This document shows, one piece after another, positions 10,149 to 18,730 of a DNA stretch of 47,746 nt; the stretch's first letter is position 1; each line of letters opens with the position of its first letter. Below the pieces are notes generated by a model. The model was not told the origin of the DNA, ran no database searches, and worked only from the letters and a program-made list of their open reading frames with translations. The DNA is taken from IMG/VR virus record IMGVR_UViG_3300048444_000079, positions 1-47,746 of that record; one strand, given 5' to 3'. This DNA is from a virus. Taxonomy: Duplodnaviria > Caudoviricetes. Both the position numbers and the translations under genes were made by a program.

Positions 10149-10872
10149 TAATGTAATTGACGTTTTTGGAACACCAATCTTAGCAGAAGAAATCCCAAAC
10201 GGAGTAGAGATCGCAGACAAGTTCTGCGATCTTTCGCGTCAGTTGAGGGATGAAGACGACCACGGTGGACTTGTTTCGGCTGCATGGCGCAAAGCAAAGT
10301 TAGCAGAAGACCGAAGCGAATACGACAAGTACGGCTACACGTCCTTTGCAACAAGCAACCTTGTGCATGATGAAAGGTTTGACTTTGTACACCATGCAGT
10401 TGTTGCGCAGTTTGAGAAATACCTAAACATGTTTGCGCGAAAGCCAGTTGGCTTTGACATTGGAAACTCTTGGTCCACGATTTACGGCAAAGGTCACTAC
10501 GTTCCTGAACACATACATCCTAATGCTAATCTAAGCTGTGTTTTTTACGGTGATGCAACAGAAGGTACAGGAGAAATAATATTTAAGAACCCAATGTACC
10601 CAACGTATTCAATGAACTACGAAGATGGCTTTGGTCTATTTACTGACAGTTTTTATGTAGGCCCACGTAAAGGAATGATGATTATATTCCCGTCGTTCGT
10701 TCCGCATTACACATCACCTCACGACGATGATAAAGAGCGCATAATATTTTCTTGTAACGCTACCCTGAAGACAGCAGAGGGCTATCAAGACAAGTTCTCT
10801 ACTGATGGAAAGGGCAACGACTACGCTCCGAGTAGGGACGACCAACCTCAGATTATTGAGCATAATCCCTAA
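10141..10872 (+). CDS. 2OG-Fe(II) oxygenase (TIGR02466-like)
   Basis: HIHP..LSCVFY, IFPSFVPH, RIIFSCN motifs. Confidence 0.85.
   Translation: MYDNVIDVFGTPILAEEIPNGVEIADKFCDLSRQLRDEDDHGGLVSAAWRKAKLAEDRSEYDKYGYTSFATSNLVHDERFDFVHHAVVAQFEKYLNMFARKPVGFDIGNSWSTIYGKGHYVPEHIHPNANLSCVFYGDATEGTGEIIFKNPMYPTYSMNYEDGFGLFTDSFYVGPRKGMMIIFPSFVPHYTSPHDDDKERIIFSCNATLKTAEGYQDKFSTDGKGNDYAPSRDDQPQIIEHNP
10835..10866 (+). promoter_or_regulatory. Putative late promoter (GGGACGAC-N18-CATAAT)
   Basis: Motif copy 20 bp upstream of ATG 10886. Confidence 0.6.
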
Positions 10873-10885
10873 AAAGGATTGATCT

Positions 10886-11143
10886 ATGCCAGCTAAACGC
10901 GCCAGCAAGAAAGACATGCCATGCAACAAGCCTCGCCGCGAGAAAAGCGGAGGGAAAAAGTTCGTTGTGAAAGCTTGTGAGGGTGGCAAGGAAAAGATCA
11001 TTCGCTTCGGTGATGCCAACATGTCCATCAAGAAAGACCAACCTGCTCGCAAGAAGTCCTACTGCGCACGCAGCGGTGGGATAAAGGGCAAGAGCAGCAA
11101 GATGTCCGCAAACTATTGGTCACGCAGAGCGTGGAACTGCTAA
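10886..11143 (+). CDS. Small basic phage protein
   Basis: Lys/Arg-rich with IIRFGD...RKKSYCAR...SANYWS pattern familiar from marine phages. AGGA RBS. Confidence 0.75.
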   Translation: MPAKRASKKDMPCNKPRREKSGGKKFVVKACEGGKEKIIRFGDANMSIKKDQPARKKSYCARSGGIKGKSSKMSANYWSRRAWNC

Positions 11144-11162
11144 CCAGAAAGGACATCGACAG

Positions 11163-11255
11163 ATGGCTAAGACGTCTAAAGAAGTCAAAAAGCTCGGCAA
11201 GAAAACGCAGTCTGGCAACATGCAGCACAAAGACTGCCCGTGTACGCAAGGATAA
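11163..11255 (+). CDS. 30-aa Lys-rich microprotein (MAKTSKEVKKLGKKTQSGNMQHKDCPCTQG)
   Basis: GAAAGGA RBS. Below the ORF-track cutoff; translated by hand. Confidence 0.6.
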   Translation: MAKTSKEVKKLGKKTQSGNMQHKDCPCTQG

Positions 11256-11259
11256 TCAT

Positions 11260-11412
11260 ATGAGCCTGTATCGTAATATCAACAAGCGCAAGAAAGCTGG
11301 CACGTCACGCTCCAAGAGCAAGTCTACGATTAGCGACAGCGCGTACGCAAATATGAAGGCTGGCTTCCCAAACTCCAAGAAGAACAAAGCGAAGAAGAAA
11401 AGGAAAGCATGA
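11260..11412 (+). CDS. 50-aa basic microprotein (MSLYRNINKRKKAGTSRSKSKSTIS...)
   Basis: AAGGA RBS before ATG 11260. This is the 3' part of track ORF 11116-11412. Confidence 0.7.
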   Translation: MSLYRNINKRKKAGTSRSKSKSTISDSAYANMKAGFPNSKKNKAKKKRKA

Positions 11413-11483
11413 TGGCTAAGAACACACTGAAGAAAAAAGGTTGCTCTCCAGTAATGGCAGGCAAGCCAATTAAAAAGAAGTAA
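11412..11483 (+). CDS. 23-aa Lys-rich microprotein (MAKNTLKKKGCSPVMAGKPIKKK)
   Basis: TGATG stop/start coupling with AGGA RBS. Confidence 0.5.
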   Translation: MAKNTLKKKGCSPVMAGKPIKKK

Positions 11484-11516
11484 TCCCCCTCCCTTACCTT
11501 CAACAGGACGATCACA

Positions 11517-12107
11517 TTGAGACCTAGAGTAGACATAATCCCCCAACTATTTACGCCCGAAGAGTGCGATATGCTTATCGACGTCGGGCGTATGAATTTG
11601 CAGACAGCCAAGTTCGGAAACTACGAGAACAAGCGCATACCAAGCCTCACACGCCGTTCGCTTGTTTCGTGGCTAAAGCCAAACGACGATCCGAAGGTGG
11701 ACGCATTACTTAACAAAGCAAAGCGTGCAATCATTCAGATCGGCATGAAGCATCATAAGGTTGCCGTTAACTGGTTCGAACATGTGCAGTTCACAGAGTA
11801 CCCTATCCTTGGACACTACAAGTCTCACATGGACGTGGGTATGAGCAGACACCACAGAATTATCTCTGCCACGATAGAGCTTTCTCCCAAAGGCTCATAC
11901 CGTGGCGGTGGCCTATGGCTCGACGCAGCCAACGCAAAGCACGTCAAAACAGAACGCGGTACTGCCGTCGTCTTCCCTAGCCTGATGCGGCACAAAGCGA
12001 AGACGGTTTGGTGGGGTACGCGTAACAGTCTGGTCTTCTGGGGCCAGTTCAGGGACGACATTGCAAAGAAACAGGCAGATAATGCAAAGCGTAAAGCAAC
12101 AAATTAA
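11517..12107 (+). CDS. 2OG-Fe(II) oxygenase (prolyl-4-hydroxylase/PKHD-like)
   Basis: FTPEEC N-terminal motif, HxD (HMD), FPS..H, RxSLVxW. Confidence 0.88.
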   Translation: MRPRVDIIPQLFTPEECDMLIDVGRMNLQTAKFGNYENKRIPSLTRRSLVSWLKPNDDPKVDALLNKAKRAIIQIGMKHHKVAVNWFEHVQFTEYPILGHYKSHMDVGMSRHHRIISATIELSPKGSYRGGGLWLDAANAKHVKTERGTAVVFPSLMRHKAKTVWWGTRNSLVFWGQFRDDIAKKQADNAKRKATN

Positions 12108-12366
12108 AACCCTTATCCAGCTTTCAGAAAGCAACGGATGGGCCACTGTTAACGAAGTGATGAAGGACGAGATACTACAACTCGCTCTTTTAATGGCTCG
12201 CTCCAAAGAGATGTCCCAGCAAGAGATGGACTTCAACCGAGGGGCAATATGGGCTGCTGAACAAATGTTAAACTTACCTGCTCGCCTTATCCACAAGTTG
12301 GAGGGCGATCTTTCACTTGATGAAACAACAGATTTCCGCCAAGGCCGAAATGAAAGGACAGACTGA
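12082..12366 (+). CDS. Hypothetical protein preceding the scaffold
   Basis: Coupled to the scaffold start; start codon uncertain. Confidence 0.65.
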   Translation: MQSVKQQIKTLIQLSESNGWATVNEVMKDEILQLALLMARSKEMSQQEMDFNRGAIWAAEQMLNLPARLIHKLEGDLSLDETTDFRQGRNERTD

Positions 12367-13412
12367 TGGCAAACCCACAAGAAATGGATCAAGTCGCACG
12401 TATTGCGGCAAAGCAACTAGGTGCAGAAGCACCTGCTCCGCAAGCACCTGCACCCGCACCTAAACCACAGGAAGCACCTACAACAGTGCAAGAGAAGGCT
12501 GCTGAAGCTGGATCGCCCAAAACAGAAGGCGATAAGTCTTCACAAGACCCAGTGGTATATAAAGTAAAGATTGGCGACAACGAGCGTGATCTTACTCCAC
12601 AGCAAATTGCTGGCACGTTCGAACGGTATCGCGACCTCAACTACAAGCAGGCACAGATGAAGCCTGTAATGGAGCTTGCGGAAAAGATGATGCAAGCAGG
12701 CAACGCAACGCCAGAGCAAGTTGCTAAGTTCATGGGCGCAGCAGCGCAAGCCATGACAAAGAACGCTAAGATGGGACGCGCACAAAACCCACAACCAGCA
12801 GGTACGGCAGCACCACAGCAACCCCAGAACGGCAACGCCAACATTTCCGAAAGAATGGCGGCAGAGTTCAAGAAGTACGAAGACGATAACGCAATCAGCC
12901 TTCCCCCAGGATATAGAGAAGGTCTTGATGAACTTCAGCGTATGCGTGGTATGTTACAGCAGCAAACAGCGCAAATGGCACAAGTCCTACAAGCTAGTAA
13001 GCAAAACGCCCAGACAGGCGTAAACGCTGCGCAACAAGCAGGTCAAGATAGAGCAGGCATGGTACGCCAAGCGATCTCAAACAACCTAGACAGCGCACAG
13101 CAGGCCAACGGCCTTCCAGACACCGACGCTAAACTGTTTATGGCTTTTGCTGGTGAACGTGGCTACACAGCGGAAGACTTTGCAGACAAGGGTTTAACAA
13201 ACAAAGTCATGCAAGACTTCAAGAACGCAAAGAACGGCCCAGAGCTTGCACGTCTACAAGAGATGCAGCAACGACGCCAAGCGTTCATGCAGGCTCCTAA
13301 CCGTGGGCCAGCAGTTGGTCAGTCTGCTAACGTAAAAGACGATAGCATGGCACGCTTATCAGCGCGTGCTATGGGACAAGCGATGCAACAAGGACGCTTG
13401 AACAGAAAATAG
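12366..13412 (+). CDS. Capsid scaffolding protein (putative)
   Basis: Immediately upstream of the MCP. Pro/Ala-rich N-terminus, YKVKIGDNERDLT motif, Q/A-rich helices. Confidence 0.75.
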   Translation: MANPQEMDQVARIAAKQLGAEAPAPQAPAPAPKPQEAPTTVQEKAAEAGSPKTEGDKSSQDPVVYKVKIGDNERDLTPQQIAGTFERYRDLNYKQAQMKPVMELAEKMMQAGNATPEQVAKFMGAAAQAMTKNAKMGRAQNPQPAGTAAPQQPQNGNANISERMAAEFKKYEDDNAISLPPGYREGLDELQRMRGMLQQQTAQMAQVLQASKQNAQTGVNAAQQAGQDRAGMVRQAISNNLDSAQQANGLPDTDAKLFMAFAGERGYTAEDFADKGLTNKVMQDFKNAKNGPELARLQEMQQRRQAFMQAPNRGPAVGQSANVKDDSMARLSARAMGQAMQQGRLNRK

Positions 13413-13444
13413 GGACGACACACCTATTCAGCCTGCCGTACAAT
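13412..13444 (+). promoter_or_regulatory. Putative MCP late promoter (GGGACGAC-N19-TACAAT)
   Basis: Motif copy in the scaffold-MCP gap with a near-consensus -10. Confidence 0.7.
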
Positions 13445-13580
13445 ACTCGCGTACGGCAGGCGCTACGGCTCCATTATACCGAACACTATAGGGACAAAAG
13501 TAAGACGACGTGATTTCCGCGTCTTATCTGGCGTACCTCGCACATAAAATGAAACCCCTTGCTTAGAAAGGATAACAGCT

Positions 13581-14744
13581 ATGGCTGCTTTACAAGGATT
13601 GCGGGGAACAGGTCAGTTTGATACGGACTTTCGCCCCAAAAACTACCGTGAGTTGTTTACTCTACTTGAACCAAACGGTAACGCTCCATTAAATGCTTTG
13701 TTATCAATGACTTCCTCGGAAGCCACAGATGACCCTGAATTTAAGAACTTTCGCGACGAACTACCAGAGCGTGCATTGACAGCAGACGGTGCGGCAACTG
13801 CCACAGCGACTTCTGTGACAATTGGCGCAAGCGGCGACAACCTATTCGCTGTGTCTGGTACAATCATCGTTAACGCCGCAACAGGCGAAGTTATGCGTGC
13901 TACTGCTGACAGCAGTGCGACTGGCTTGACTGTTGAGCGTAACATCGGTGGTACGTCACACACCATTACTGACGGTGATCGTTTGTTCATCGCTGGTACA
14001 GCTTACGAAGAAGGTGCGAACTCACCTACAGGCGTAAGCTTCGACGCATCAGTTGCTTCGAACTTTACACAAATCTTCCGTACGTCATTCACTGTGACAG
14101 AAACGTTGCGTGCAACGAACCTGCGCACAGGTGACAAAGAAGACGAGATGGCAACAAAAGCTCTTAAATTGCACATGCAAGACATCGAGCGTGCCATGTT
14201 CTTTGGTAAAAAGCACGAAGCAAACGGTACGACTTCACAGCCATTGCGCTACACTGGTGGTCTAATTAACACAATGTCGAACGTGATTGACCGTTCAACA
14301 GCGTCTAATGCCATGACTGAAGACCAGTTTGACCGCGCATTGATCGAAGACGTATTTGCGTTCGGCTCAAAGCAGAAAATCATGTTCTGCGGTGCAAAAG
14401 TTGCAGGTCACCTACAAAAGATGGGTAAAGACCGTTGGCAACCAACTGCTGTCGAAGGTGCGTACGGCGTGAACCTAACTCAATACACTACATTTGCTGG
14501 TGATTTGATGGTCCACCTACACCCACAGTTCCGCCAAATCCCAGGAATGGATAACGCGGCTGTCATCATCGACTTCCCGTACTTGAAGTACCGTCACATG
14601 GAAGGCCGCGATACGCAACTTCTACGTGATCGTCAGTCTCCTGACGCTGATAGCGTCAAACACGAGTACTTGACCGAGTGCGGCCTAGAGTTGATGCAAG
14701 ACAAAGTACACACATACATCAAAAACTGGACAAACCTAGCGTAA
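13581..14744 (+). CDS. Major capsid protein (SU10/DUF5309-like)
   Basis: 387 aa after the scaffold. NFTQIFRT, DIERAMFFG, YTGGL, EYLTECGLEL motifs. Strong AAAGGA RBS and downstream terminator. Confidence 0.9.
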   Translation: MAALQGLRGTGQFDTDFRPKNYRELFTLLEPNGNAPLNALLSMTSSEATDDPEFKNFRDELPERALTADGAATATATSVTIGASGDNLFAVSGTIIVNAATGEVMRATADSSATGLTVERNIGGTSHTITDGDRLFIAGTAYEEGANSPTGVSFDASVASNFTQIFRTSFTVTETLRATNLRTGDKEDEMATKALKLHMQDIERAMFFGKKHEANGTTSQPLRYTGGLINTMSNVIDRSTASNAMTEDQFDRALIEDVFAFGSKQKIMFCGAKVAGHLQKMGKDRWQPTAVEGAYGVNLTQYTTFAGDLMVHLHPQFRQIPGMDNAAVIIDFPYLKYRHMEGRDTQLLRDRQSPDADSVKHEYLTECGLELMQDKVHTYIKNWTNLA

Positions 14745-14766
14745 GCCCAGCTTTGATTGAAAACCT

Positions 14767-14793
14767 AAAGGGCGGCAGTGCCGCCCTTTTCTT
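14767..14793 (+). terminator. Rho-independent terminator after the MCP
   Basis: aaagggcggc-agt-gccgcccttt stem followed by T-tract. Confidence 0.85.
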
Positions 14794-14795
14794 AT

Positions 14796-14829
14796 GGGAC
14801 GACAGTTTAGCCCAGAACCCTCATAAATA
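14796..14829 (+). promoter_or_regulatory. Putative late promoter restarting transcription after the MCP terminator
   Basis: GGGACGAC 14796-14803 with ATAAAT 19 bp later. Confidence 0.6.
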
Positions 14830-14854
14830 ATGTAGGACACACAAGGAGCTTCAC

Positions 14855-15208
14855 ATGGCACGTAAACGCGCCCGCACAAAAGACGGACATTTCATAGCTG
14901 ACGATCCAAGCACACCAGAAAACGAAGCGTGGGTAGAGGACGAAGCACCAAAGAAAACAACACGTAAAGAGGCACCTAAGAAGGCTGCACCAAAGCCTGC
15001 CGAGCCTGCGTACACAATGTATATTTCGTCAGAGCCAGAGAACGGCGCATTCGACATTCGTATAGGTGACGACATCAAGATCAAAGGCGCATGGGACATT
15101 CAACGTGCATTCGTAACTTGGCGCGTTCCATCGGACCTTTTGGACATGGTTAAGAGGCACCACCACGTATGGTCAGGACGTATCGTAGAGTATGACGAGG
15201 AAGACTAA
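14855..15208 (+). CDS. Hypothetical protein
   Basis: AGGAG RBS; RAR..DGHFIADDPSTPENEAW motif. Confidence 0.75.
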   Translation: MARKRARTKDGHFIADDPSTPENEAWVEDEAPKKTTRKEAPKKAAPKPAEPAYTMYISSEPENGAFDIRIGDDIKIKGAWDIQRAFVTWRVPSDLLDMVKRHHHVWSGRIVEYDEED

Positions 15209-15639
15209 TGGTAGAGCAGAAGAGCGTACAAAAGCCCTATGCGGCGGGTAAAAACAATTACTCTCCGCTTGAAGACTTGGTGCGCTCCGCGCTGACTAGG
15301 GCTGGTAACTATTCTCCTTCCCGCATCGACGGCGAAGTAATGATGATGTTCATTGAGCTTGCGAACAGGATAGTCGAAGAAGTACGCAGACACCCATACT
15401 GGACGCACGGCGATATTGATTACTACAACGACCCAACAGAGTGGCGTCCAATCAACGACCTCGTAATGATCGACGGCCTGACAGCCCACTACTTTATCCA
15501 GCAGGGCAGCGAGAAGGCCATGGTCTTTTTGCAGCTATACCAAGCTAACCTTACAGACACACTCCTTGAACGAGACATCGGCAACAAGAAGCTCGAAATC
15601 AATATCAAGGACGGCGGCAGTAATAAGCGATATAAATAA
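15208..15639 (+). CDS. Head-tail adaptor (putative)
   Basis: Size, helical character and position between MCP and nozzle. Confidence 0.55.
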   Translation: MVEQKSVQKPYAAGKNNYSPLEDLVRSALTRAGNYSPSRIDGEVMMMFIELANRIVEEVRRHPYWTHGDIDYYNDPTEWRPINDLVMIDGLTAHYFIQQGSEKAMVFLQLYQANLTDTLLERDIGNKKLEINIKDGGSNKRYK

Positions 15640-17159
15640 TGGCAAGATTATCTTACGCTCCCATAGCTATAAACAGTAATGCCACGACCTATTACGGTTT
15701 TCGTGGCATTGACCGTTCGCGTGACATCGCAGCTATGGAGACACAAGAGGAACAGAACTTCTGGCTACTAGATAACTGTTACGTTGACTATCGCGGTCAG
15801 TTAATCCGCGACCCAAAATTCTTTTTACATAGTGGCTCCAACCGCTTCCCCGTAAAGGCTCTTCGCTTTTACAACCGCGAGGGCGTTTGCTACGCTGAAG
15901 AAGATGCAGCAAACACTCACCTCGCATCAGATCGCGGTCATAGAGTAGATAGTGCTTTCCCAAAGGACGCGATTGTCTCGATGACAAACTTCCAAGGTAA
16001 GGTGCATATCTTCTGTGACGACACACGCATGTATAGATATGACGGCTTCCAGTTTTCCAATGCTACTGCATCTATAAAGCCAGCATTTGGTGTACCTATT
16101 CAGCGTCGCCTTGCGGTCTCTGGCTTCAAGGATCGACCAACCGTTGTAGAGTTTAGCCGCGTTGATAATCCTGACATCTTCTTAGAGGAAGAAGCGATCA
16201 CAGAAGAAGTGACGCGTGCAGCTTTTATCGACATCTCTAACCTTATCGGTACTGCCGACGAGATCATCGGCCTTGGATCATTCGAGGCAAACCGACTTGC
16301 GGTTTTCACTCGTGACCAGACCCTTGTTTACATCATTGACCCTGACTTCGAGCAATGGCAGCTAGACAGTCGTGCTAACTTGCGTATTGGCTGCATCTCG
16401 CACAATACAATCGTGAACGCTGGTTCTGACCTTATCTTCTGCTCACGTCGTGGTATCCACTCTATCATGCGTTCAGAGCAGAACGGCATTACGATTGCGG
16501 AAGCCTCTCTCTCTGACGAGATCGAGCCTCTGTACCAAGAGCTTGTAAAGACCACCCCAGACCCTCGTCAAATCTCTGCGGTGTACGACCCTGATACGCA
16601 AACCTACCACGTGTTCTTCCCAAGACCAGGAGGGCAGCAGTCTCAGCGTCTATCTATGAACTTCCGTGCTGGTTACGAACTTGTAAACTTCCAACTAGGC
16701 GACACCCTCCTACCACGCGCTGGGACGTTCTTGGGCGGACGCCTGATGTTTGGCACCGCTGACGGAGTGTACGAGAGTACAGATCGTACGTTTGACCAAG
16801 ACACAGGTCTAGCAGACCTTCGCCGTTCACCTATGGTAGCGGAGACGCCAGTCCTATGGCTTGGTGATTTCATAAGTTCAAAGCGTACGCACACACTTCT
16901 CGTACAAGCCAGTGGGAAAGGCCGCTTCTACATCGAAGCATTGGACGACCAAGACAGAATGATGGCCTCGCTTGAGGTCAACCTAGATAAACTTGAAGGC
17001 GATCCGCACTGGGGTGACAGCCCCTTGCGCAACGACTTCTCGTTTCCTTTTAACCACGTATTTCGGGGGGTCCGCCTCCGTTTCAGAACTGACGATCAGG
17101 ACGTCGACAGTGAAGTCACGATCATCAGCTTTGCCTTTTTGATGCACAAGGAGAAATAA
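15639..17159 (+). CDS. Tail nozzle / stabilisation protein (putative)
   Basis: Beta-propeller-like 506 aa with IGCISHNTIV..G..LIF.S..GI motif typical of podoviral tail tubular B/gp10-like proteins. Confidence 0.7.
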   Translation: MARLSYAPIAINSNATTYYGFRGIDRSRDIAAMETQEEQNFWLLDNCYVDYRGQLIRDPKFFLHSGSNRFPVKALRFYNREGVCYAEEDAANTHLASDRGHRVDSAFPKDAIVSMTNFQGKVHIFCDDTRMYRYDGFQFSNATASIKPAFGVPIQRRLAVSGFKDRPTVVEFSRVDNPDIFLEEEAITEEVTRAAFIDISNLIGTADEIIGLGSFEANRLAVFTRDQTLVYIIDPDFEQWQLDSRANLRIGCISHNTIVNAGSDLIFCSRRGIHSIMRSEQNGITIAEASLSDEIEPLYQELVKTTPDPRQISAVYDPDTQTYHVFFPRPGGQQSQRLSMNFRAGYELVNFQLGDTLLPRAGTFLGGRLMFGTADGVYESTDRTFDQDTGLADLRRSPMVAETPVLWLGDFISSKRTHTLLVQASGKGRFYIEALDDQDRMMASLEVNLDKLEGDPHWGDSPLRNDFSFPFNHVFRGVRLRFRTDDQDVDSEVTIISFAFLMHKEK

Positions 17160-17161
17160 GT

Positions 17162-18730
17162 ATGGCACGCCTAAAGGTTTTATATCCTGGGAACCACACT
17201 TCTAGCGGGAACATCGGTGCCGATATTGAAAACATTGTGCGCTATTTGAACTCGGCTGAAGTTGGTGACCAAACACTAGCAGAGCTAATTAAAGTTCTTT
17301 TTGATGCAGAAGGTATTTTGAAGGCTCCTGTCGAACTTCGTAACGATACAACAGAAGGTCTACAGTACCGAGTTGGAGAGTACGCAGACAGCGAAACAGG
17401 TTGGCGCGAACTTGCAACAATCGCAGACATTCGCGGTGCTGCTGGTTCGGACGTGGGTACAATCGGTGCGCCACTGTTCTCGGCCCGCCTTGATCTAGTC
17501 ATCAACGAAGCAGACGGCAACGGAGACATTGCGTACCCAACAGGTACGCAAACATTCACTTACATCCACGAAGAAGCCGACGCTATTGTAATTTACCTCA
17601 ACGGCGCACTGCTTGCAGAAGATGACTACAGCAACGATCCAATAGCAAACACAGTTTCTTTGAACGATGCTACACAAGCTGATGACCTTGTTACGATCTA
17701 CAAAGTCCAGTCTGCAAATGACAGTGGCTTTGTACGAGAAGACGTTATCGCTGGTACATCACAGGCCGTGTTCCCCTTCGTACACAACGAGGACCAAAAG
17801 GTTCTTGTTTACCGCAACGGTGTTCTACAACGTCAGGGCGGTACAAACGACTACACGCAACAGCCTGCGAACTCTACAATCACGTTTACATCTGCCCTCA
17901 CATCAGGCGACCTTGTGACTTTCGTCATCGTAGAAGACACTTCGCAGGTTCGTGTGTCTGGCCTTATGACTGAAGACAAGTACACAAACGAAGATGGATT
18001 TATCCCATACAACAAACTAGCGATTGCTGACGACCAAGTACCGACAAACAAAATCAGCGGATTGTCTACGCTTCTTGCAAACCGTGGTCGTGTTTACGTT
18101 AGCTCTTCAGAGCCTATATCGGCAAATGCTGGTGACATGTGGGTCGACACAGGTGCATCACCAAACGTTCTAAAATTTTACAATGGTACTGGTTGGCTAC
18201 TAACATCACCAGACACAGGTATCCCTGCATTCGCCACAACAAACGCTCTACAGTTTCTTCGTGTTAACTCTACTGGTGGTGGCTTGGAATTTGCGAACGT
18301 TGACTTTACATCGCTCGTTCCAAAAACATACATCGGCGCAGCCGATGGTGTTGCGGGCCTAGATGCTACAGGTAAGCTACCAATTGCGCAGCTACCAGAC
18401 ACCTTCGCGACACGCTCGTACTTCTTCGCAAAAGAAGGTTCAATTTCAAACGGCAACTACACAATCACTCGCGCATTTAAGCAGAACGTGCGTATCGACG
18501 CTATTGCAGTGAAGTGTACATCTGGATCGTGCAACATTCAGCTATCAATCGACGGCTTCACAGCAGGTGACGTTGCAGCGGTAAGTTCTTCTCTAAACGA
18601 AACGAACCTTACAGCTTCAATCGCAATCAACGCGTCTACAACATCTAAGGTGATCGGCTTCACTGTTTCATCAGCGAGCAACCTTACTGACATCGAAGTA
18701 ACACTAGCGGCGGTAATTACGAATGTCTAA
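17162..18730 (+). CDS. Tail / tail-fibre protein
   Basis: Two repeats of VY(L/R)NG.L...DY, a GDMWVDT..LKFYNGTGW motif, and GVAGLDATGKLP. Confidence 0.75.
   Translation: MARLKVLYPGNHTSSGNIGADIENIVRYLNSAEVGDQTLAELIKVLFDAEGILKAPVELRNDTTEGLQYRVGEYADSETGWRELATIADIRGAAGSDVGTIGAPLFSARLDLVINEADGNGDIAYPTGTQTFTYIHEEADAIVIYLNGALLAEDDYSNDPIANTVSLNDATQADDLVTIYKVQSANDSGFVREDVIAGTSQAVFPFVHNEDQKVLVYRNGVLQRQGGTNDYTQQPANSTITFTSALTSGDLVTFVIVEDTSQVRVSGLMTEDKYTNEDGFIPYNKLAIADDQVPTNKISGLSTLLANRGRVYVSSSEPISANAGDMWVDTGASPNVLKFYNGTGWLLTSPDTGIPAFATTNALQFLRVNSTGGGLEFANVDFTSLVPKTYIGAADGVAGLDATGKLPIAQLPDTFATRSYFFAKEGSISNGNYTITRAFKQNVRIDAIAVKCTSGSCNIQLSIDGFTAGDVAAVSSSLNETNLTASIAINASTTSKVIGFTVSSASNLTDIEVTLAAVITNV

Noticed and set aside
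14730-14770. T7-style frameshift/readthrough extension of the capsid protein
   Set aside because: No slippery sequence before the TAA, and a terminator follows immediately
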